In this document: piece by piece, positions 26,877 through 34,895 of the stretch
How the letters are laid out: each line of letters begins with the position of its first letter
Position numbering within the stretch: position 1 is the stretch's first letter
Assembly: GCA_040389985.1 (NCBI GenBank)
Contig: JAZJZH010000012.1
Span: 35,027 to 99,026, forward strand
Source: Pseudomonadota bacterium
Lineage (GTDB): Bacteria > Pseudomonadota > Alphaproteobacteria > Sphingomonadales > Sphingomonadaceae
Direction: 5' to 3'
DNA length: 64,000 bases
Notes under the pieces: generated by a model
Told to the model about the DNA's origin: nothing
The model's input: the letters and a program-made list of their open reading frames with translations, nothing else
Databases searched by the model: none
Translations under genes and position numbers: made by a program

Positions 26877-28240
26877 CGCCATCGCAGGTCGCGGATCACC
26901 ATCCGCCAGAAGCGCCGACAGGCAGGCTGGACCGCTATTTCGCGCTCAGCCAGCGCGGCACATCGGCGCGAACGGAGGTGTTGGCCGGGATCACCACTTT
27001 CCTGACGATGGCCTATATCGTGCTGGTCAATCCGGCGATCCTGGGTTCGACCGGCATGCCCTTCGCCTCAGTCGCGGCGGCGACCTGCTTCGCCGCCGCC
27101 TTCGCCTCGATCCTGATGGGCCTGACCGCCAATGTCCCGCTGGCGCTGGCGCCGGGCATGGGGTTGAACGCCTACTTCGCCTTCACCGTGGTCGGGCAGA
27201 TGGGCGTGCCCTGGCCGATTGCGCTGGGCTGCGTCTTCCTGTCGGGCGTCGCCTTCCTGATCCTGACGCTGACCGGCGTGCGGCAGTTGATCGTTGCGGT
27301 CATCCCCACCTATTTATTCGCAGCGGTGGCGGGCGGCATTGGCCTGTTCATTGGCTTTATCGGCCTGAAAAATGCAGGGATCGTGGGCGCGAACCCGGCG
27401 ACCTTCGTGGCGCTGGGCGACCTCAAAGCCCCCGGTGCGGCGCTGGCGCTGCTGGGCCTTTTGGTGATCGGCACGCTCAGTGTCTGGAATGTGCGCGGCG
27501 CAATGCTGATCGGCATTGTCGCCACCACGATCGTCGGCTGGCTGACGGGCATGGTGACGGTCAAGCCCGAACCCTATAGTCTGGACGCGCTGACCGGCAC
27601 GGCGTTTCAGCTGGACCTGCCCGGCGTGTTCGGCCTGACCGGCACCCATGGCCTCGGCCTGCTGGAAATCCTGTTCGTCTTCCTGTTCGTGGATCTGTTC
27701 GATAATATCGGGACGCTGGTGGCGGTGACCAAGCGCGCCGGGTTGATGGATGCAGCAGGAAAGATTCCGGGCCTCAACCGCATATTGATGACCGACGCGG
27801 TCGCCACCATCGTTGGGTCGATGGCGGGCACCAGCACCGTCACGTCCTATGTCGAAAGCGCGGCGGGCGTGCAGGCGGGCGGGCGCACCGGCCTGACCGC
27901 TATCGTCACCGGCATACTGTTCCTATTGACCATGTTCGTCGCCCCCTATGCGCAACTCGTGCCGCTGGCCGCGACCGCGCCTGCGCTCATCATCGTCGGC
28001 GGCCTTATGCTGGTGCCGCTGACCGAGGTGGAGTGGGAAGACCCTATGTCGGCGATCCCCGCCTTCCTCACCGTGGCGATGATCCCGCTCACCTTTTCGA
28101 TCGCCAATGGCCTGGCCTTTGGCATCACCGCCCATGCGGCGCTCAAGGCGCTGCGCGGCACGGCCACGCGCAAGGACTGGTTCCTGTTCCTGCTGGCCGG
28201 CCTTTTCGTCGTTCGCTTCGTCTGGATGGGAGCAGCCTGA
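26873..28240 (+). CDS. NCS2 family, AzgA-type adenine/guanine/hypoxanthine permease
   Basis: Typical N-terminus LDRYFALSQRGTSARTEVLAGITTFLTMAYIVLVNPAIL. About 13 TM helices. ATGA overlap upstream. Confidence 0.88.
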   Translation: MTPSQVADHHPPEAPTGRLDRYFALSQRGTSARTEVLAGITTFLTMAYIVLVNPAILGSTGMPFASVAAATCFAAAFASILMGLTANVPLALAPGMGLNAYFAFTVVGQMGVPWPIALGCVFLSGVAFLILTLTGVRQLIVAVIPTYLFAAVAGGIGLFIGFIGLKNAGIVGANPATFVALGDLKAPGAALALLGLLVIGTLSVWNVRGAMLIGIVATTIVGWLTGMVTVKPEPYSLDALTGTAFQLDLPGVFGLTGTHGLGLLEILFVFLFVDLFDNIGTLVAVTKRAGLMDAAGKIPGLNRILMTDAVATIVGSMAGTSTVTSYVESAAGVQAGGRTGLTAIVTGILFLLTMFVAPYAQLVPLAATAPALIIVGGLMLVPLTEVEWEDPMSAIPAFLTVAMIPLTFSIANGLAFGITAHAALKALRGTATRKDWFLFLLAGLFVVRFVWMGAA

Positions 28241-29154
28241 TGCGTTTTATTGCCCTCGCGCTGCTGGCGCTCGCCTTGCCCTCTCAAGCCCTGGCGCGCA
28301 AGGCGGACAGCACGCCGCGCACCGTTGTCATGACCGCCTTCCTGCCCGAATGGGATGCGCTGGAAAAATCCGTCGATAGGCCCAAGCGGCACCAGATCAA
28401 CGGCATGACCTTCCTGACCGGCAGGATGGCGGGCAAGCCGGTGCTGCTGATGCAGAGCGGCGTGTCGATGGTGAATGCCGCGATGAACACGCAACTGGTG
28501 CTGGATCGCTTTACCGTGCGGCGAATCGTCTTTTCCGGCATTGCCGGTGGGGTTGATCCCGGCCTGTCGATCGGCGACGTCATCGTGCCGCAGGATTGGG
28601 CGCAGTATCTGGAAGTCTCCTTCGCGCGCAAAAATGGCGACGGCTGGACCGTGCCCGAAGCGGTCGATGCCACAGCGCCGGCCAATTGGGGCATGATGTT
28701 CCCGCGCGGCGTGCGCATCGGCAATGCGAACGAGCCGGTGAAGCGCCATTATAGTTTCGCCGTCGATCCCGCCTTGCTGCAACTGGCGCAGAATGTGGCG
28801 GCCGACGTTAAATTGGAACGCTGCGTCCAAAATGAGGGTGCGGCCCCAGCGTGCCTGCCGCATGATCCCAAGATCGTGATCGGCGGCACTGGTGTCAGCG
28901 CGGGCGTCTTCGCAGACAATGCCGAGTTTCGCGACTATCTGAGCAGCGCATGGAAGGCGCGCGTGCTGGACATGGAAAGCGCAGCGGTGGCGCAGGTCGC
29001 CTATGCAAATGACGTCCCAGTCATCGTTTTCCGCAGCCTTTCCGACCTGGCCGGCGGCGATGCGGGCGAGAACCAGATGGTCGCCTTCATGGCCTTGGCC
29101 TCGGTCAACAGCGCCCATGTCGTGCGCGCCTTCGTCGCGGCGCTGCCCGACTGA
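28240..29154 (+). CDS. secreted PNP/MTAN-superfamily nucleosidase/phosphorylase-like protein
   Basis: Inner part of ORF 28033..29154. ATG 28240 (TGATG junction) gives the signal peptide MRFIALALLALALPSQALA. PNP_UDP_1-type blocks FSGIAGG and VLDMESAAVAQVA..VIVFRSLSDLAGG. Confidence 0.75.
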   Translation: MRFIALALLALALPSQALARKADSTPRTVVMTAFLPEWDALEKSVDRPKRHQINGMTFLTGRMAGKPVLLMQSGVSMVNAAMNTQLVLDRFTVRRIVFSGIAGGVDPGLSIGDVIVPQDWAQYLEVSFARKNGDGWTVPEAVDATAPANWGMMFPRGVRIGNANEPVKRHYSFAVDPALLQLAQNVAADVKLERCVQNEGAAPACLPHDPKIVIGGTGVSAGVFADNAEFRDYLSSAWKARVLDMESAAVAQVAYANDVPVIVFRSLSDLAGGDAGENQMVAFMALASVNSAHVVRAFVAALPD

Positions 29155-30740
29155 TGGCGCTTTCGACCGTATCTGGCCGGCACGGCATGGTCACGGCACC
29201 GCATCATCTGGCGAGCGCGGCGGGGCTGGACGTGCTGCGCGAGGGCGGCAACGCGGTGGAGGCGTGCGTCGCGGTCGCGGCGACGCTGGCAGTGGTCTAT
29301 CCGCACATGACCGGCATCGGCGGCGATGGCTTCTGGCTGATCCACCCTGGTCCGGGTTCCGATGTTGTAAGTATTCACGGTTGCGGCGGCGCGGCGGCCA
29401 AGGCGGACCTGTCGCTTTACGCAGGCCTCGACATGATCCCGAACCGCGGACCGCTGGCCGCCAATACGGTAGCGGGCACGATATCGGGCTGGGCAGCGGC
29501 CCTGGACAGCATTTGGGGCGACATGCCGCTCGCACGGTTGCTGCGCGACGCCATCGGCCACGCGCGGACGGGCGTGGCTGTCACGGCGGGCGGCGCGGGA
29601 ATCGCGGCGGCCAAGGGCGACGAATTGCGGGGGCAATCCGGCGCCTATGCGACGACCTTCGAACCCGAAGGTCGCCCGCTGCGCGAGGGCGATCTGCTGC
29701 GCCAGCCTGCGCTGGCCGACACGCTGGAACGGCTGGCGACGGAAGGTCTGGACAACTTCTACACAGGAACATTGGCCACTGACATCGCGGCTGATCTGGA
29801 AGCGCTGGGCAGTCCGCTGACCGCAGCAGATATGGCCGCGCACGACGCCTTTATAGCGACACCGTTGCACACACGGATCAGTGGCGCGACCCTCTATAAC
29901 AGCGCGCCGCCGACCCAGGGCTTCGCCTCACTGCTGATCCTCGCCCTGTTTGACCGGCTGCGCGCTGGGAGCCCCGATGGGTTCGACCATGTGCATGGGC
30001 TGGTCGAAGCGACCAAACAGGCCTTCCTGATCCGCGACATGCATGTCGGCGACCCGGCGTTCCATGATTATGACTGGCAGGGATTGCTGGACGATCCCAC
30101 CGCGCTGGACGCGCTGGCAGCGAAAGTCGATCCGGCCCGAGCCCTCCCATGGCCGCAGCCGCCGCAATGGGGTGACACCTGCTGGTTCGCGGCCGCCGAT
30201 GGCGACGGGCGCGTCGTATCCTGCATCCAGTCCACCTATTTCGAGTTCGGATCGGGCCTGGTGCTGCCGCGCACCGGCATCACCTGGCAGAATCGCGGCA
30301 GCAGCTTCCGATTGGCGCAGAGCGGCTGGAATGCGCTCAAGCCCGGTCGCAAGCCTTTCCACACACTCAATCCCGCGTTCGCCTGTTTCGAGGATGGCCG
30401 GGTCATGGCCTATGGCACAATGGGCGGCGAGGGCCAGCCGCAGACGCAGGCGGCCTTGTTCACGCGCTACGCCCGCTATGGCATGGACTTGCAGGAGGCG
30501 ATCAGTGCGCCGCGCTGGCTGCTGGGGCGGACCTGGGGCGACCCATCGACCACGCTCAAGCTGGAGGACGGGTTCGACGAGAGCCTTTACGCTGAACTCG
30601 CGGCCGCCGGTCATGATGTCGAACGAGTCGGGCCGATAACTGCGACCATGGGTCATGCCGGGGCGATTCTGCGTCATCCTGACGGCAGGCTGGACGGCGC
30701 GACCGACCCGCGTAGCGACGGCGCGGTGGCTGCATGCTGA
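29154..30740 (+). CDS. gamma-glutamyltransferase-fold Ntn hydrolase (candidate HpxW-like oxamate amidohydrolase)
   Basis: GGT-family N-terminus GMVTAPHHLASAAGLDVLREGGNAVEACVAVAATLAVVYPHMTGIGGDGFWL, and APPTQGF around the expected autoprocessing Thr. No signal peptide. The specific function is inferred from context only. Confidence 0.75.
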   Translation: MALSTVSGRHGMVTAPHHLASAAGLDVLREGGNAVEACVAVAATLAVVYPHMTGIGGDGFWLIHPGPGSDVVSIHGCGGAAAKADLSLYAGLDMIPNRGPLAANTVAGTISGWAAALDSIWGDMPLARLLRDAIGHARTGVAVTAGGAGIAAAKGDELRGQSGAYATTFEPEGRPLREGDLLRQPALADTLERLATEGLDNFYTGTLATDIAADLEALGSPLTAADMAAHDAFIATPLHTRISGATLYNSAPPTQGFASLLILALFDRLRAGSPDGFDHVHGLVEATKQAFLIRDMHVGDPAFHDYDWQGLLDDPTALDALAAKVDPARALPWPQPPQWGDTCWFAAADGDGRVVSCIQSTYFEFGSGLVLPRTGITWQNRGSSFRLAQSGWNALKPGRKPFHTLNPAFACFEDGRVMAYGTMGGEGQPQTQAALFTRYARYGMDLQEAISAPRWLLGRTWGDPSTTLKLEDGFDESLYAELAAAGHDVERVGPITATMGHAGAILRHPDGRLDGATDPRSDGAVAAC

Positions 30741-31969
30741 GCGGCGGAGCGAGAGCGGTCGCGCGCTGCGATGCGCTGGGCATAGCGCCCTATAGCGACA
30801 TGGCGGACGGCCTGTATCGTGGCTATCTGACGCCGGCCTATGCCCAAGCACAAGCGACGCTGGCCGGGTGGATGGAGGAGGCGGGGATGGGTGTGCGGCG
30901 CGACCCGGCCGCCAACCTGATCGGCCGCTATGAGGGGCTGGACCCGGCCGCGCCCGCGCTGCTGATCGGCAGCCATCTCGACAGCGTGAAGGATGCGGGG
31001 CGCTATGACGGGCCGCTGGGCATCATGCTGGGCGTGGAGGCGGTCGCGGCGCTGCACCGCGCCGGGCGACGCCTGCCCTTCCCGATCGAGGTGATCGCCT
31101 TTGGCGACGAGGAGGGATCGCGCTTTCCCGCCGCAATGCTGACCAGCCGGGCGGTGGCGGGTACGCTGGTGGCTGAGGCGCTGGGGCTGCGCGATGGGAA
31201 CGGCGTTGCATTGGCGGATGCAGGTGTCGATGTCGGTGCCTATCTCTCCGCAGCGCGTGCGCCTGCCACCACCCTCGCCTATCTCGAAGCGCATATCGAA
31301 CAGGGTCCGGTACTGGAGGCGCAGGGTTTGGCGCTCGGCACCGTTACCGGCATCGCGGCGCAACTGCGCTATCAGGTGACGCTGCGGGGCATGGCAGGCC
31401 ATGCCGGCACGACGTCGATGCCCTTGCGGCGCGACGCGCTCGCGGGCGCGGCGGAAGCGATGCTGGCGATCGAGGGACTGGCGCGCGATGCCGCATCCGA
31501 TCTCGTGGCCACGGTGGGGCGGATCGAGGCGCTGCCCGGTGCGGCCAATGTCATCCCCGGCAAAGTGCGCTTCACCATCGACGTGCGGTCTGGCGATGCG
31601 GCTCGGCGCGATAGCGCCGCGGAGGCGATGATCGACGCCATCACCGCCATCGCCGGCCGCCGCCGGCTGGATGTGGCAACGACGCTGGTCCACGACTTGC
31701 CCGCCAGTCCGTGCGATCCTTTGTTGATGACCCTGATGGACGCCGCCATCGCGGGGACGGGGCAGCAACCCTTCCGGCTTGTGTCGGGCGCGGGCCATGA
31801 TGCCATGGTGATGGCGGCGCTGTGCCCGACGGCCATGCTGTTCATTCGTTGCAAGGACGGGATCAGCCATAATCCTGCCGAACATGTCGATCCGGCCGAT
31901 GCGGAACGCGCGTTACACGCCATGCTGGGCTTCATAGAGAGATTGGGAGAGTGTGTTGTTGCCGCTTGA
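30734..31969 (+). CDS. allC: allantoate amidohydrolase (M20 family Zn/Mn hydrolase)
   Basis: Motifs LAGWMEEAGMGVRRDPAANLIGRYEG, IGSHLDSVKDAGRYDGPLGI, AFGDEEGSRF, GAGHDAM. It lies in the purine operon. Confidence 0.8.
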   Translation: MLSGGARAVARCDALGIAPYSDMADGLYRGYLTPAYAQAQATLAGWMEEAGMGVRRDPAANLIGRYEGLDPAAPALLIGSHLDSVKDAGRYDGPLGIMLGVEAVAALHRAGRRLPFPIEVIAFGDEEGSRFPAAMLTSRAVAGTLVAEALGLRDGNGVALADAGVDVGAYLSAARAPATTLAYLEAHIEQGPVLEAQGLALGTVTGIAAQLRYQVTLRGMAGHAGTTSMPLRRDALAGAAEAMLAIEGLARDAASDLVATVGRIEALPGAANVIPGKVRFTIDVRSGDAARRDSAAEAMIDAITAIAGRRRLDVATTLVHDLPASPCDPLLMTLMDAAIAGTGQQPFRLVSGAGHDAMVMAALCPTAMLFIRCKDGISHNPAEHVDPADAERALHAMLGFIERLGECVVAA

Positions 31970-33194
31970 TCCGAACTTATTTGGCGACATCGACCCACCC
32001 CAGCGGCTGCTGATGGGGCCGGGGCCGGTTAATGCCCATCCCCGCGTGCTGCGCGCCATGTCCGCCGATCTGCTGGGCCAGTTCGACCCGGAAATGACCG
32101 GCTATATGAACCAGGTCATGGCGCTCTATCGTCCGATCTTCGACACGCAGAATCAATGGACGATGCTGGTCGATGGCACTGCGCGGGCGGGGATCGAAGC
32201 GGCGCTGGTCAGCCTGGTCGCGCCGGGCGACACCGTGCTGGTGGTCAATTTCGGCCGCTTCGGCCTGCTGCTCACGGAAATATTGGGCCGCATCGGCGCG
32301 CAGGTCGAAACGGTGGAGGCGTCCTGGGGCGACGTCGTGCCGATGGACGCCATCGCCGCCGCGATCGAACGGGTGCAGCCCAAGGTGGTCGCGACCATCC
32401 ATGGCGATACCTCCACCACCATGACGCAACCGCTCGACGGGTTGGGCGCGCTGTGCGCGGCGGCGGGGGCGCTGCTCTATGTCGATGCGACCGCGACGAT
32501 CGGCGGCATGGCAATTGCCGCCGATCGCTGGGGCGCGGACATCGTCACCGGCGGCTTGCAGAAATGCCTCGGCGGGCCTTCCGGCTCGGCGCCGATCACC
32601 ATCTCCGACAAGGCGGCGGCGTTGATCCAGGGCCGCAAGCGGGTCGAAGCGGGCATCCGCCGCGACGACATCAGCGACGGCGCGGGACCGCGCATCAGCT
32701 CCAACTATTTCGACCTCGCCATGATTATGGATTATTGGAGCGACAAGCGTCTCAATCATCATACCGAGGCGACGTCCATGCTCTACGCCGCGCGCGAATG
32801 TGCGCGGATCATGCTGGGCGAAGGGCTGGAGGCACGCTACGCCCGCCACGAAGCCGCCGGGCGCGCCATGACCGCCGGGCTGCGCGCCATGGGGCTGACC
32901 GTCTTTGGCGACGACGCGCATCGCATGACCAATGTGACCGGCGTCTTCATGCCTCAGGGTGTAGACGGCGAGCGGGTCCGCACGATGATGCGCGATGCGT
33001 TCGAGATCGAGATCGGCACTGCCTTTGGTCCGTTGCAGGGCCGCATCTGGCGGATCGGCGCGATGGGCTATAACGCAATGAAGCATAAGGTTCTGATCAC
33101 GCTCGGCGCGCTGGAGGCCTGCCTGCGGCGGGAGGGATTTGCGCTGCCCGCGGGCGAGGCTGTCAACGCCGCGATGGCGACGTGGGACGCATGA
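31953..33194 (+). CDS. class-V pyridoxal-phosphate aminotransferase (PucG/HpxJ-like ureidoglycine-glyoxylate or Ser/Ala-glyoxylate type)
   Basis: Motifs MGPGPVNAHPRVLRAM and GDTSTT. PLP-Lys context GGLQKCLGGPSGSAP. The start is one of GTG 31953, TTG 31956 or TTG 31959, behind GGGAGAG. Confidence 0.8.
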   Translation: MLLPLDPNLFGDIDPPQRLLMGPGPVNAHPRVLRAMSADLLGQFDPEMTGYMNQVMALYRPIFDTQNQWTMLVDGTARAGIEAALVSLVAPGDTVLVVNFGRFGLLLTEILGRIGAQVETVEASWGDVVPMDAIAAAIERVQPKVVATIHGDTSTTMTQPLDGLGALCAAAGALLYVDATATIGGMAIAADRWGADIVTGGLQKCLGGPSGSAPITISDKAAALIQGRKRVEAGIRRDDISDGAGPRISSNYFDLAMIMDYWSDKRLNHHTEATSMLYAARECARIMLGEGLEARYARHEAAGRAMTAGLRAMGLTVFGDDAHRMTNVTGVFMPQGVDGERVRTMMRDAFEIEIGTAFGPLQGRIWRIGAMGYNAMKHKVLITLGALEACLRREGFALPAGEAVNAAMATWDA

Positions 33195-34066
33195 CCCCGC
33201 CCCGCGACCTCATAGGCTATGGCGCGTCGCCGCCCGATCCGCGCTGGCCCGGCGGCGCGCGGGTCGCGGTGCAGTGCGTCGTCAATTATGAGGAAGGCGC
33301 GGAAAACAGCGTCCTCAACGGCGACAAGGGCTCCGAAGCCTTTCTGTCCGAAATGGTCGGCGCGCAGAGCCATCCCGACCGGGCGATGGCGATGGAAAGC
33401 CTGTATGAATATGGCGCGCGCGTCGGTTTCTGGCGGCTGCACCGGATCTTCACGCAGCGCGGCCTGCCGGTCACGGTCTTTGGCGTAGCGAAAGCGATGG
33501 CGATGAACCCCGCAGCGGTCGAGGCGATGCTGGCGGCGGACTGGGAAATCGCCAGTCACGGCCTGAAATGGATCGACTATCAAACCGTGCCCGAAGACGT
33601 CGAGCGCGCGCATATTACCGAAGCGATCGCGCTGCACACCAGCCTGACCGGCAGCCGCCCCTTGGGCTGGTATCAAGGCCGCACATCGCCCAACACCGCC
33701 CGGCTGATGCGGGAGGAAGGCGGCTTCGTCTATGATGCGGACAGCTATGCCGACGACCTACCCTATTATGATCGCGGGCAGTTGATCGTCCCCTACACGC
33801 TGGACGCCAACGACATGAAGATGGTCGCTTATAACGGCTTTACCGAGGGCGAGCAGTTCTTCCGCTATCTGTGCGACACGTTCGATCAGTTGCGGGAGGA
33901 AGGTGGGCGGATGATGTCGGTCGGCCTGCATGGCCGCATCGCCGGTCGCCCTGCGCGCGCGCGCGCGCTGGCCCGTTTCCTCGATCATGTCATCGCGTCC
34001 GGCGACGCTTGGGTCGCGCGCCGCATCGATATCGCCCGCCACTGGATGGAGGTTCACCCCGCATGA
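33191..34066 (+). CDS. puuE: allantoinase, PuuE type (polysaccharide-deacetylase fold)
   Basis: Motifs RDLIGYGASPPDPRWPGGARVAVQCVVNYEEGAE, YEYGARVGFWR, HGLKWIDY. I prefer ATG 33191 (ATGA overlap) over GTG 33182. Confidence 0.88.
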   Translation: MTPPRDLIGYGASPPDPRWPGGARVAVQCVVNYEEGAENSVLNGDKGSEAFLSEMVGAQSHPDRAMAMESLYEYGARVGFWRLHRIFTQRGLPVTVFGVAKAMAMNPAAVEAMLAADWEIASHGLKWIDYQTVPEDVERAHITEAIALHTSLTGSRPLGWYQGRTSPNTARLMREEGGFVYDADSYADDLPYYDRGQLIVPYTLDANDMKMVAYNGFTEGEQFFRYLCDTFDQLREEGGRMMSVGLHGRIAGRPARARALARFLDHVIASGDAWVARRIDIARHWMEVHPA

Positions 34067-34443
34067 CGATAGACGATCCCATATTGCTCGCCGAAATCAC
34101 CGCGGCCTTCGCCGCCTATGAGCGCGCGTTGATGGCGGACGACGTGCCCGCCATGGATGCGCTGTTCCATGATGCGCCGACCACCAACCGCTATGGCGTG
34201 GGCGAGGTGCTTTACGGCATCGAGGAGATACGGGCGTTCCGCAAGGGTCGCGGCGGATCGCCGCAGCGCACATTGGGGAAGGTCGCAATCACCGTCTATG
34301 GCGACGCTTTCGCCACCGCCGACGCCGAATTTTTCCGTGAGAATAGCGACCGGCGCGGTCGCCAGACGCAAAGCTGGGTCAAGTTCGCCGATGGCTGGAA
34401 AGTCGTGTCGGCGCATGTCTCGCTGGAGGGGAACACGCATTGA
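34063..34443 (+). CDS. NTF2-like DUF3225 / AtzH-like protein
   Basis: 3' part of ORF 33871..34443. ATG 34063 overlaps the puuE stop. 126 aa: MTIDDPILLAEITAAFAAYERALMADDVPAMDALF... RGRQTQSWVKFADGWKVVSAHVS, a SnoaL/NTF2-like pattern as in AtzH-like proteins. Confidence 0.65.
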   Translation: MTIDDPILLAEITAAFAAYERALMADDVPAMDALFHDAPTTNRYGVGEVLYGIEEIRAFRKGRGGSPQRTLGKVAITVYGDAFATADAEFFRENSDRRGRQTQSWVKFADGWKVVSAHVSLEGNTH

Positions 34444-34895
34444 CCGGCCCCCAACAAGCGTTGTTCGAACATAGCCCTTGGATAGAGGCGCGGGCCGATG
34501 CGCGCCCGTCGTCCGGGGACCGCTGGGCGGACCTGATGGCGGTGGTCCGCAGCGCCAGCGGCGAGGAGCAATTGGCCCTGATCCGCGCCCATCCTGAACT
34601 GGCGGGCAAGGCGGCGATTGACCGGACGCTGACCGACGCATCGGCGGCGGAACAGGCGTCGGCCGGGCTGGATCGGCTGACGCCGCAAGACTATGCGCAC
34701 TTCCATGCGCTCAACACCGCCTACCGGGAGCGCTTCGGCTTCCCCTTCATCATCTGCGTGCGGCTGACCGACAAGGCGGGGATATTGGCGGCCATGGAGC
34801 AGCGTCTGGCGCATGAGCGGGACGAGGAGATCGCGACCGCGATCGAGCAGATTGGGCAGATCGTCCGGCTACGGTTGGGGGATATGGAGGCATGA
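34440..34895 (+). CDS. uraD: 2-oxo-4-hydroxy-4-carboxy-5-ureidoimidazoline (OHCU) decarboxylase
   Basis: Motifs FEHSPWIEARA, LIRAHPELAGK, RFGFPFIICVR. TTG start overlapping the upstream stop (TTGA). The N-terminus is about 10 residues shorter than I would expect for the family. Confidence 0.85.
   Translation: MTGPQQALFEHSPWIEARADARPSSGDRWADLMAVVRSASGEEQLALIRAHPELAGKAAIDRTLTDASAAEQASAGLDRLTPQDYAHFHALNTAYRERFGFPFIICVRLTDKAGILAAMEQRLAHERDEEIATAIEQIGQIVRLRLGDMEA

Noticed and set aside
34440-34895. Possible 5' truncation or fusion of uraD (TTG start, N-terminus ~10 aa shorter than expected).
   Set aside because: All catalytic-region motifs are present, and the TTGA coupling to the upstream gene fits the pattern of the operon. 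It is probably just a short natural N-terminus. I cannot judge further without alignments.
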